From Candidatus Hydrogenedentota bacterium (GTDB taxonomy: Bacteria > Hydrogenedentota > Hydrogenedentia > Hydrogenedentales > CAITNO01), in NCBI GenBank assembly GCA_019455225.1, contig JACFMU010000010.1, forward strand, positions 975 to 64,974: a stretch of 64,000 bases of DNA. The letters are read 5' to 3'. The notes under the pieces were generated by a model. It was not told the DNA's origin, did not search any database, and worked only from the letters and a program-made list of their open reading frames with translations. How positions within the stretch are numbered: position 1 is the stretch's first letter; the number at the start of each line of letters is the position of its first letter. Positions 45,157 through 53,983 of this stretch are shown here, piece after piece. Both the position numbers and the translations under genes were made by a program.

Positions 45157-45519
45157 TCACCCCTTCGGCTTCCTTGACCTTCCGGCGCGTTTCTTGGGTG
45201 GCGGGGCGTCGTCCTCGGCCTCGGCGGCGAGGAGGAGGAAGAGGTCGGAGATCATCTCCCTTCCGGCGAGGCGGTTGATGCGGCGGATAATTTCCCATTT
45301 GCAGTAGGCGAAGGTGTTCATCCAGGCGGTGTCGTCCACGGCCACCTTCAGCACTTTGTCCTTCACGCCGACGGGCCGGCCATGGCCCGCGAGCTGCTGT
45401 CCGGCGACGGCGGGCCAGTGCTCCCAGATGCGGGCCTCGTCCAGCACCCTGCCCAGGGGGGTGGTGCGGGCCAGTTTGCGCAGGATGTCCTTGATGTTCG
45501 CCGGGTCATTCTCTTTCAA
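45157..45519 (-). CDS. DUF721/DciA-like protein
   Basis: A ~120-aa protein with WEHWPAVAG...VKDKVLKVAVDDTAWMNTF, immediately downstream of recF, as in conserved recF-DUF721-gyrB neighbourhoods. Confidence 0.6.
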   Translation of the reverse strand: MKENDPANIKDILRKLARTTPLGRVLDEARIWEHWPAVAGQQLAGHGRPVGVKDKVLKVAVDDTAWMNTFAYCKWEIIRRINRLAGREMISDLFLLLAAEAEDDAPPPKKRAGRSRKPKG

Positions 45520-46579
45520 GGCGGCCGCCCTCCATGCGGAACATGTCCGGCGCGGGCACGCCCCCCCGCAGGGGGTGCTCCGGCTGGGTGGTGGTGATGA
45601 GGGACTGCACGCCCTCCGGCACGGCGGCGAAGAGGCGCCGGGCGCGCTCCGGATCGAGCTCGGCGAGCACCTCGTCGAGCATGAGCACGGGCCAGACTCC
45701 GGCGCGGCGGCGCACCAGTTCCACCTCGGCCAGTTTCAGGGCGAGCACGGCGGACTTCTGCTGTCCCTGCGAGCCGAAGACCCGCGCGGGCTGCCCGTCT
45801 ATGAGCAGTTCCAGGTCGTCCCGGTGGGGGCCGCGCCCGGTCATGCGCTGGCGCAGGTCGGCGGCGCGGGCGCGGGCCAGTGTCGCGGCGAGGTCCTCCG
45901 CGCGGCGCACGTCGGGCAGGTAGGCCATGGACAGGGACTCGTTCCCCGCGATGGTCCGGTAGACCCCCTCGGCCAGTTCCGACAGCTCGGCGACAAAGGC
46001 CGCGCGCGCCTCCATCAGCGTCTGCCCGTGCCGGACCAGTTGAACGTCCCACACGTCCAGCATTTCCCCGTCGGGCGCGGCGGCGCGCAGCAGCTCGTTC
46101 CGCTGGCGCAGCGCCTGCCGGTACTGCTGGAGCGCCGCCAGATAGACCGGCTGGAGTTGGGAGAGTTCCATGTCCATGAGGCGGCGGCGCACCGATGCGG
46201 AGCCCTTCACCAGCGCCACGTCGTCCGGGCAGAACAGCACCACCTTGAGGCGTCCCAGCAGGTCGCTCAGGCGGCCCTGGGCGACGCCGTTCACCTTGAA
46301 GCGCTTTGCGCCGTTCCACCAGTTCGCCTCGATGTCGAGGCTTTCCCCGTCGTGCTCCGCCTCAATCCGCACGTGGAACCGGTCCTCCCCGTGCCGGACC
46401 AGTTCCGTCTCCGCTGCGGTGCGGTGGCTTTTCGTGGTGGCGGCGTAGAGCACCGCCTCCAGGAGCGTGGTCTTCCCCTGGGCGTTCTGGCCGTGGATGA
46501 CGTTCACCCCCGGCCCCGGCGTGAAGTCCACCGAGGTCAGGCTCCTGAAGTTCCGGCAGATGACGCGGGTGAGGCGCAT
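45506..46579 (-). CDS. recF: DNA replication and repair protein RecF
   Basis: MRLTRVICRNFRS...NVIHGQNAQGKTTLLEA Walker A and the SMC-like signature. Confidence 0.9.
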   Translation of the reverse strand: MRLTRVICRNFRSLTSVDFTPGPGVNVIHGQNAQGKTTLLEAVLYAATTKSHRTAAETELVRHGEDRFHVRIEAEHDGESLDIEANWWNGAKRFKVNGVAQGRLSDLLGRLKVVLFCPDDVALVKGSASVRRRLMDMELSQLQPVYLAALQQYRQALRQRNELLRAAAPDGEMLDVWDVQLVRHGQTLMEARAAFVAELSELAEGVYRTIAGNESLSMAYLPDVRRAEDLAATLARARAADLRQRMTGRGPHRDDLELLIDGQPARVFGSQGQQKSAVLALKLAEVELVRRRAGVWPVLMLDEVLAELDPERARRLFAAVPEGVQSLITTTQPEHPLRGGVPAPDMFRMEGGRLERE

Positions 46580-46947
46580 GCGCTGGGGCTCACATTCCCG
46601 CAACGGCGGGTATGGTGTTGATTTTGGCGGGTGCGGACATGGGGGAACGCCTCCGGGTTGATGGCCGGCCCATTATAGCCGTTGCGGAAACCAATGCCCA
46701 ACAGAAACACGGAACCGATGCCGTGCTAACTTGGAGACACACCGCTGAAAATCTACCGGATTTATAGAAATTCGTGAAACACCGGTTTTTCTCTTTGACG
46801 GGGGAATATGCTATGCTGGACCGGTTGACAGGCCAGTGGCAGTGGTGTGTTTCGGCGTCGCCGCCCGTTGTGTTCAGGAATGCGCATGGTGCCTTTCCAG
46901 CGGCGAATGCCGGCCTGCCAGGGACTTATTTTCAAGGGAGACGGGTC

Positions 46948-49353
46948 ATGAGACATTGGAACAGAAAACTGGGGCGGCGGCTGGTGATGCTGGCGGTGGT
47001 GTTCGCGGTGCTTGCCGGCGGCGCGGTGCCCGCCCAGGCGGAGCGCATCCCCCGCGTGATGTACATCGGGGACAGTTGGACGGGCTTCCTGTGGGCGTTC
47101 CGCACGCTTCGGGACGTGCTTCCGGAGTACGGCCTGGGCCGCTGGGTCGAGGTGGGCGCGCGCACGGCGGTCATGGGCTCAAAGGCCTTCGAGTGGCTGA
47201 CCCCGGCGCGTCTTGGGGTGGTGGCCGAGGAGCTGGCCAACAACCCGAACGTGGACGTGGTCGTGGTGACCCTGGGCGGCAACGACTTCTCGGGCGGCAC
47301 GAAGAACGTGATTCCGGGAAACATGGGCCGCGAGGTGGACTATTACGACTGGTATTATGACAACTACGACACGGTGGACCGGAATTTTAACAACAACTGG
47401 GCCAGTTGGAAGACCTGGTATCAGACGGGGTCCAACGCCGGCGAGAATTTCGCCGAGAAGTTCTGCCCCCCGGCCTCCGGCTGCTGGGACCGCGACCTGC
47501 TGATGAACAAGGTCAAGGGCGAAATCAAGCAACTGGTGCAGTACATCCTTGACCTGCGCCCGGACCTCCGCGTGGTCATCGTGGGCTACGACTATCCCGC
47601 CCGCTGGCCCAAGAGCCGCATGCCCCAGAACATGAACGGGGTGCGCCTCCAGAACGAGGGCCTGTTCAGCATGGAACTCACCAAGTTCGAAATCGCCCAA
47701 GAGCTGGCCTCCTCCGGATACGCGGGCCGGGTCCGCTTTGTGCAGAACCTCGGCATGATGCAGCACACCTATGGCGCGTACAAGGGCAACGAGCGGGCCA
47801 ACACCCCCTGGGCCGGCGTGGTGAACCCGAACATCGCCCCCGGCACTCTGCCGCTCCCCGGCAGCGGCGACACCTGGCAGGTGGGCGGCGACCCGGACTG
47901 CCTCGCCCCGCTCGACTCGTACATTGACCTGGACATCCACCTCACGGCGCCGGGCTACGAGGTCATCGCGCGGCGCTTCCTGGACGACTGTGTGGCCGAG
48001 TGGCTGAACTATCCGAAGGTGCTGTCCATCCTCCCCGACGAGGGCAAGGCCGCGCAGTTGAAGTTCACCGTGACCTTCTCGCACCCCGTGACCGGCGTGG
48101 ACGCCTCGGACTTCGAGGTCTTCCTCGGCGCGGACAAGGCCATGTCCATCGTGGGCGTGACGGGTTCCGGCGACACCTACCGGGTGACGGCCGACCCCGG
48201 CGGCGCCTCGGGCAATGTGCTCATCCGCGTGGTGGACAATGACAGCATCGCCCGCTCGGACAACAGCGTGAAGCTCGGCGGACCCGGCGCGGGGAACGGC
48301 CTCTTCGAGTACAACGGCACCTACGAGCACGCCGACATCGTCCGCCCCGGCGACGACGACTTCACCGCCGCCATCAACTACCTGTACCTGAACTCGCGCG
48401 CCTATGAGGACCTGCTCTTCGGGTTCAGCTTCAACCCGGCGGTCTTCGACGCGAACGGCAACGTGTTCCTCGAGGGCAACATCTCGAGCGAGCCCTACAT
48501 CATCCCCGGCAACGGCCTGCTGGACGTGTACGAGTTCACGCTCATCCAGTGGTGCGTCCAGAACCCCGGACTTGACCTCAGCGGCCGCGGCGGAATCAAC
48601 GCGGCGGAGGTGGCCGCCGCATGGCGGAGCAACATCACCGCGATGCAGACCACCCTCGGCGGCGACGGCGGCCTGGCCGACCTGATCCTGCCCGGGCTCG
48701 ACACCATCCTCACGGGCTACATGACCCTGGGCGACCCGAACTCGACGCTGCTTCCCTCGGTGCTGGTGCCCATGCTGGCCGAACTGAAGGACCAGGGATT
48801 CCCCGTCAACATCGGCGCGTTCATCCCCACGGACTACACGGGATTCGCCGCACTCCTCGGCAAGGACGGTGACGCGGACAAGGACGGCTGGTCGAACGAG
48901 CAGGAGTACGCCTATTTCGCCTGCGAGGGCGCCCTGGCCTACGCCGCCGCCGCCCTGAACCCGAACCTCAAGCCGAAAACCGGCGAGGGCCGCTTTGAGG
49001 AGGGAGGCGCACTGCGCGTGGCCATCCTGAGCACCGGCGCGCTTTCCCCGGCCTACAACTCGACCTACCAGTGGTACCGCGACGGGGTCGCGCTCCAGGA
49101 CAACGGCCGCATTTCCGGCAGCAACACCCGCTGCCTGAACATCCTCTCCACGAATGTGGCCGACACCGGCGCCTACACCTGCGTCTACCAGAAGAAGGGC
49201 GCGGTCAATCCCAAGGACCGCGTGACCGAGACCTACGGTCCCATCCAGGTCCGCACGGTGAAACAGTTGCCCGTCGCGGGTGGTCTGGGTCTGGCGGCTC
49301 TTGCCCTGGCGACGGCCCTGGGCGGCCTGGCCGCGGTGCGCCGCAGGAAATAG
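46948..49353 (+). CDS. Secreted SGNH/GDSL-family hydrolase with Ig-like domain and C-terminal hydrophobic/Arg-rich anchor
   Basis: Signal peptide. YIGDSWT (GDS block) and GGNDF. An I-set-like Ig motif is YTCVYQ. The C-terminal tail is GLGLAALALATALGGLAAVRRRK. Confidence 0.6.
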   Translation: MRHWNRKLGRRLVMLAVVFAVLAGGAVPAQAERIPRVMYIGDSWTGFLWAFRTLRDVLPEYGLGRWVEVGARTAVMGSKAFEWLTPARLGVVAEELANNPNVDVVVVTLGGNDFSGGTKNVIPGNMGREVDYYDWYYDNYDTVDRNFNNNWASWKTWYQTGSNAGENFAEKFCPPASGCWDRDLLMNKVKGEIKQLVQYILDLRPDLRVVIVGYDYPARWPKSRMPQNMNGVRLQNEGLFSMELTKFEIAQELASSGYAGRVRFVQNLGMMQHTYGAYKGNERANTPWAGVVNPNIAPGTLPLPGSGDTWQVGGDPDCLAPLDSYIDLDIHLTAPGYEVIARRFLDDCVAEWLNYPKVLSILPDEGKAAQLKFTVTFSHPVTGVDASDFEVFLGADKAMSIVGVTGSGDTYRVTADPGGASGNVLIRVVDNDSIARSDNSVKLGGPGAGNGLFEYNGTYEHADIVRPGDDDFTAAINYLYLNSRAYEDLLFGFSFNPAVFDANGNVFLEGNISSEPYIIPGNGLLDVYEFTLIQWCVQNPGLDLSGRGGINAAEVAAAWRSNITAMQTTLGGDGGLADLILPGLDTILTGYMTLGDPNSTLLPSVLVPMLAELKDQGFPVNIGAFIPTDYTGFAALLGKDGDADKDGWSNEQEYAYFACEGALAYAAAALNPNLKPKTGEGRFEEGGALRVAILSTGALSPAYNSTYQWYRDGVALQDNGRISGSNTRCLNILSTNVADTGAYTCVYQKKGAVNPKDRVTETYGPIQVRTVKQLPVAGGLGLAALALATALGGLAAVRRRK

Positions 49354-49448
49354 CGTCTTAGGGGTATCCCAAAGCCGCCGGCCGGACTGGCCGGCGGCTT
49401 TTTCTGTTTCTTACGCCCGCGTGGGTTGTTCCTACTGGATGGACATAA

Positions 49449-49520
49449 GGGACGGAAGGGACCGAAGGGACCGAAGGGACCGAGTGGACAGAGTGGACAG
49501 AGTGGACAGAGTGAACTGGG
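49449..49520. repeat. Eight consecutive 9-bp units (AGGGACCGA x4, GTGGACAGA x3-4), followed at 49530-49568 by opposing GTCCGTGNCC units
   Basis: Direct reading of the sequence. Perfect 9-bp periodicity. Confidence 0.9.
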
Positions 49521-49672
49521 TAGTCCGTGCCAGTCCGTGTCCGTCCGTGTCCGTCCGCGTCGTGTCTTTTCTCGGTGCGGGGCTTGTGGTACCATAGGGT
49601 CAGGATGACCCATCCATGCGGGGCCGCGCGGGTGCGCAAATTGCCAAAATTGCCGCGGCCGGGGACGAAAGC

Positions 49673-49987
49673 ATGTCTGAAACCAACCCGAAAACACGGT
49701 CCGACACCGCCCTCTGTGACAAGCAGGAGACGGCGGAGCCGCCGCTGTACCGGGTGCTGCTGCTGAACGACGACTACACGACCATGGAATTTGTGGTAAA
49801 AATCCTTCAGGACGTGTTCCGCAAGCCCCATGACGAGGCGACAAAGATTATGTTGTCGGTGCACAGGCATGGCACGGGGCTTGCCGGTGTTTACGTGAAG
49901 CAGATTGCGGAAACCAAGTGCGCGACGGTGCATCGTCTTGCCCGCGCCGAGGGGTTTCCCCTGCGCTGCGCCATGGAGCCGGAATAG
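49673..49987 (+). CDS. clpS: ATP-dependent Clp protease adaptor ClpS
   Basis: The core LYRVLLLNDDYTTMEFVVKILQDVF...ATKIMLSVHRHG is canonical ClpS. Confidence 0.85.
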   Translation: MSETNPKTRSDTALCDKQETAEPPLYRVLLLNDDYTTMEFVVKILQDVFRKPHDEATKIMLSVHRHGTGLAGVYVKQIAETKCATVHRLARAEGFPLRCAMEPE

Positions 49988-50021
49988 GCCGGACGGCGCG
50001 AAAGGAAAGAGCAAGGAAATC

Positions 50022-52382
50022 ATGTTGAGCCGTGAACTGGAGGTTGCCCTGGGGCTGGCGCTTCAGGAGGCCCGCTCGCGGCGGCACGAGTATCTGTGCG
50101 TGGAGCATGTCCTCTACGCCCTGACCTTGGACCGCCGCGGGGCGGAAATCATCGAGTCGTGCGGCGGGAACGTCAAGGCGCTGCGCGGCGCGCTGGAGAC
50201 TTTTTTCAACCGGAGCCTGGAGGCGGCGCCGGAGGGCGCCCGCGTCTCCCTGCAGCAGACCGAGGCCCTCGAGCGGATGATGCAGCGCGCCTTTCTGCAC
50301 GTCCAGTTCTCCGGCAAGAAATCCGTGGACGCGGGGGACATTCTCGCCGCCATCCTCGAGGAGGATGACCTGCACGCGGCCCATTTCCTCCGCCGCCAGG
50401 GCATCACCCGCCTAGACGTGCTGGACCACATCTCGCACGGCGTGGTGAAGGAGCGGGGCGGGGACGGCGGGCCGCTGGTGCCCGGCGGCGCCCAGTTCGG
50501 TGCGGCCCCGCCCGCTGCGAACGACCCCGGCGACGGGCTGGACGACCTGGAGGAGGAGGACGACGAGGAGGATGAGGAGGAGGACGGCGGGGAGCGCGGG
50601 AAGCCCGCGCCCAGCGCGCTGGACACCTTCACCGTCTCCCTGAGCCGGAAGGCCGCCGAGGGAAAGCTGGACCCGCTCATCGGCCGGGACCGTGAAATCC
50701 GCCGGGCCCTTCGGGTGCTCTGCCGCCGCAGGAAAAACAACCCCGTCTTTGTGGGCGAGCCGGGAACGGGCAAGACGGCCATGGCGGAGGGGCTGGCCCT
50801 GCGCCTGTATGAGGCCGCGCTGGGCCGCTGCCGGGTCCATGTGCCGGAGGAGCTCAGGAACGCCGAAATCCTCTCGCTCGACGTGGCCGGGATGCTGGCG
50901 GGCACCAAGTTCCGGGGTGACTTCGAGCAGCGGGTGAAGGCGGTGGTGCGCGAGGCGGCCCGGCGGCCCGGGGTCATCCTGTTCATAGACGAAATCCACA
51001 CCCTGGTGGGCGCGGGCGCCACGTCGGAGTCCACCATGGACGCCTCGGCGATCCTGAAGCCCGCCCTGGCCTCGGGCGAGCTGCGATGCATCGGCGCGAC
51101 GACCCACGGCGACTTCAAGAACCACTTCGAGAAGGACCACGCCCTGGCGCGGCGCTTCCAGAAAATTGACATCAACGAGCCGACCGTCGGCGAGACGGTC
51201 CAGATACTCAAGGGGCTCCAGTCCCGCTACGAGGAGCACCACGGCATCCGCTACACCGAGTCCGCCCTGACGGCGGCGGCGGAGCTCTCGGCGCGCCACC
51301 TGAACGACCGGTTCCTCCCGGACAAGGCGATTGACCTGCTGGACGAGGCGGGCGCCGGGGCGCGCACGGACGGGCCGGCGCGGCGGAAGACCATCCGCCC
51401 CCGCGACATCGAGCAGGTGGTCTCGGAACTGGCCCAGATTCCCGCGCGGAGCGTCTCCGGCACGGACAAGGAGCGCCTGGGCACCCTTGAGACCGAGCTG
51501 ACGGCGTCGGTGTTCGGGCAGGACGAGGCCATCGCGCAGGTGGTGCGGGCCGTGAAGCGGGCGCGGGCCGGACTCGGCCGGCCGGACAAGCCCATCGGCT
51601 CCTTCCTGTTCACCGGGCCCACGGGTGTCGGGAAAACCGAGGTGGCCCGCCGCCTCGCCGAGGTGCTGGGCAACCATTTCGCCCGCTACGACATGAGCGA
51701 GTACATGGAGAAGCACGCCGTGTCGCGGCTGATCGGCGCGCCCCCGGGCTATATCGGCTTTGACCAGGGCGGGCTGCTGGTGGACGAAATCCGCCGCCAC
51801 CCCTACACGGTGCTGCTCCTGGACGAGATCGAGAAGGCGCACCCGGACCTCTTCGGCATCCTGCTGCAGGTGATGGACAACGCCGCCCTCACGGACAACG
51901 CGGGCCGCAAGGCGGACTTCCGCAACGTCATCCTCATCATGACCTCGAACGCGGGCGCGCGGGAGATGGCCGCGTCCAGCATCGGCTTCAACGCGGGCCC
52001 CGGCGATGCGGCGGGCAAGGGCATGAAGGCCATAGAGAAGGCGCTCACCCCCGAGTTCCGCAACCGCCTCGACGGGATCATGACCTTCAACCCGCTGCCC
52101 ATGCCGGTGGTGATGATGGTCGTGGACAAGTTCATCCGGCAGTTGAACCGGCAGCTCGCGGAGCGCCGCGTCACCCTCGCGCTCTCGGACGAGGTGCGCC
52201 GGTGGATTGCCGAGACGGGCTACGACCCCAAGTTCGGCGCGCGGCCCCTGGCCCGGAAAATCGAGCAGGAAATCGAGACGCCCCTGGCGGATGAAATCCT
52301 CTTCGGGAAACTCGAGCGCGGCGGCGTGGTCACGGTGCTCCTGAAAGACGGAAAGCCCGTGTTCGAGGCGGTCTCCGCATGA
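50022..52382 (+). CDS. clpA: ATP-dependent Clp protease ATP-binding subunit ClpA
   Basis: ClpA N-domain. Two AAA+ modules with Walker A motifs GEPGTGKT and GPTGVGKT. It is adjacent to clpS. Confidence 0.9.
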   Translation: MLSRELEVALGLALQEARSRRHEYLCVEHVLYALTLDRRGAEIIESCGGNVKALRGALETFFNRSLEAAPEGARVSLQQTEALERMMQRAFLHVQFSGKKSVDAGDILAAILEEDDLHAAHFLRRQGITRLDVLDHISHGVVKERGGDGGPLVPGGAQFGAAPPAANDPGDGLDDLEEEDDEEDEEEDGGERGKPAPSALDTFTVSLSRKAAEGKLDPLIGRDREIRRALRVLCRRRKNNPVFVGEPGTGKTAMAEGLALRLYEAALGRCRVHVPEELRNAEILSLDVAGMLAGTKFRGDFEQRVKAVVREAARRPGVILFIDEIHTLVGAGATSESTMDASAILKPALASGELRCIGATTHGDFKNHFEKDHALARRFQKIDINEPTVGETVQILKGLQSRYEEHHGIRYTESALTAAAELSARHLNDRFLPDKAIDLLDEAGAGARTDGPARRKTIRPRDIEQVVSELAQIPARSVSGTDKERLGTLETELTASVFGQDEAIAQVVRAVKRARAGLGRPDKPIGSFLFTGPTGVGKTEVARRLAEVLGNHFARYDMSEYMEKHAVSRLIGAPPGYIGFDQGGLLVDEIRRHPYTVLLLDEIEKAHPDLFGILLQVMDNAALTDNAGRKADFRNVILIMTSNAGAREMAASSIGFNAGPGDAAGKGMKAIEKALTPEFRNRLDGIMTFNPLPMPVVMMVVDKFIRQLNRQLAERRVTLALSDEVRRWIAETGYDPKFGARPLARKIEQEIETPLADEILFGKLERGGVVTVLLKDGKPVFEAVSA

Positions 52383-52885
52383 GTGATCCGGCGAAAGGGG
52401 ACGGGGCCGCGCCGGTCATCCGCCATGAGACGGCGGGCGGCGTGGTGGTCAACGGCGCCGGGCGCGTGCTGGTGCTCCTGCGCGACGTGTGGCGTGACGG
52501 CGGCGCCGTGCATGAAATCCGCCTGCCCAAGGGCCACATAGACGCGGGCGAGACCCCCGAACAGGCGGCGGTTCGCGAGGTGCGCGAGGAGTCCGGATAC
52601 CGGGGGCTGGAGATTGTTGCTGACCTGGGCGAGTCAGAAAGCCGCTACGCGTTCCGGGGATGCCGCCATGAGCGCCGGGAACGGTACTACCTCATGCGCC
52701 TCACAGACCCGGAACGCGGCGACCCACAGCCCATGGGCGCCGAAGAAGCGCTCTTCGAGCCCGCGTGGCTCGCGCCGGAGGACGCCGCGCAGCGGCTCAC
52801 CTATCCGAGCGAGCGGGACTTTGTCCGCAGGGCCATGGAGCGGCTGGCGGGTGCGGCGGCGGACCGGGACTCAACGGGCGGATAA
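52379..52885 (+). CDS. NUDIX hydrolase
   Basis: The Nudix box is GHIDAGETPEQAAVREVREESG. Confidence 0.75.
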   Translation: MSDPAKGDGAAPVIRHETAGGVVVNGAGRVLVLLRDVWRDGGAVHEIRLPKGHIDAGETPEQAAVREVREESGYRGLEIVADLGESESRYAFRGCRHERRERYYLMRLTDPERGDPQPMGAEEALFEPAWLAPEDAAQRLTYPSERDFVRRAMERLAGAAADRDSTGG

Positions 52886-53800
52886 GAACCGCACCGCGTC
52901 CCCCGGATAGTCCGTGAAGAGGCCGTCCACGCCGAAATCCACATAAAACGCCCGCAGTTCCTCCTCGAACGAGCCGTACTTCGGCGCCACCAGGTCCCTG
53001 CGGAGGGTGTAGGGGTGCACCTTGAGTCCCGCCGCGTGCGCGCGCTTCACCAGGTCCGGGTCCTTCTCCACGCGCCGCCGGTCCGGGCCGATGCCGTTTG
53101 CATATTCGGCAATCGCCTTCAGTCCCTCGTCCGCCACGAGCGTGTTCTGGATGGAGCTGTCCGAAATCAGTTGGATTTGGGGCAGTTCCGAGCCCAGTTC
53201 CTGGCGCATTTTCTTGAGCGGGCCGGGATCAAAGCACTGCACAAAGATATTCGCGCCCGGCCCCTTGTAGCCGTACTTGGCGCAGATTTCCAGGAACGCC
53301 CCCTCCATTTCCAGGCCCTCCTTGCGGTGGAAGACCGGGTCCTTCAGCTCGGGATAAATCCCCGCCTCGCGCCCCGTGGTTTTGTTCATGCCCTGCACCA
53401 GCTCGATGGCCTCCTCAAACGTCGGGATTTGGAAGGACGCGGCGCCTTTCGGGAACCGGTTCGGCAGCCGCTCCACCGCGCGCATGGTCCGGATTTCCGC
53501 CAGCGTGAAGTCCGCCGCATACCAGCGCCCGTCCGCGCGCGCGCGGTCCGGGAAGACCTCCGCCACGTTTGTGGTGTCATCCAGGTGGATGTCGTGCCGG
53601 CAGATGAAGGCCCCATCCTTCGTCCGGACCAGGTCCTGCTCGATGTAGTCCGCGCCAAGCGCGTGCGCCGCGGCGTAGGCCACCAGCGTGTGCTCCGGCA
53701 CAAACCCGCTCGCGCCCCGGTGCGCGATGACCACCTGCTGCGCGTGGGCGGCGAGTGAAAGAAGGAAGAGAACCGCCAGAAACGGCATCATTCTGTTCAT
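52871..53800 (-). CDS. Secreted glycerophosphodiester phosphodiesterase (GDPD)
   Basis: Signal peptide followed by VIAHRGASGFVPEHT (HR(G) catalytic motif), EQDLVRTKDG and FxCRHD. Confidence 0.8.
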   Translation of the reverse strand: MNRMMPFLAVLFLLSLAAHAQQVVIAHRGASGFVPEHTLVAYAAAHALGADYIEQDLVRTKDGAFICRHDIHLDDTTNVAEVFPDRARADGRWYAADFTLAEIRTMRAVERLPNRFPKGAASFQIPTFEEAIELVQGMNKTTGREAGIYPELKDPVFHRKEGLEMEGAFLEICAKYGYKGPGANIFVQCFDPGPLKKMRQELGSELPQIQLISDSSIQNTLVADEGLKAIAEYANGIGPDRRRVEKDPDLVKRAHAAGLKVHPYTLRRDLVAPKYGSFEEELRAFYVDFGVDGLFTDYPGDAVRFLSAR

Positions 53801-53834
53801 TGAAAGACTCCTGTGTGAGCGGCGGGCCGCACGG

Positions 53835-53875
53835 CTATGGACAGTATGGACAGTATGGACGGCATGGACGGCACG
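53835..53875. repeat. 9-bp tandem units TATGGACAG x2 / TATGGACGG / CATGGACGG
   Basis: Direct reading of the sequence. Confidence 0.85.
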
Positions 53876-53983
53876 ACGCAACGCGCCTTGACAGGGGGAC
53901 TGGCTCCCAGCGTGCGTTTAAGCGGTGGTGTCTCAATCACACGGTTTGTGCAACCGGCGCCCATGCCCGAAACCTTGTTCCCC

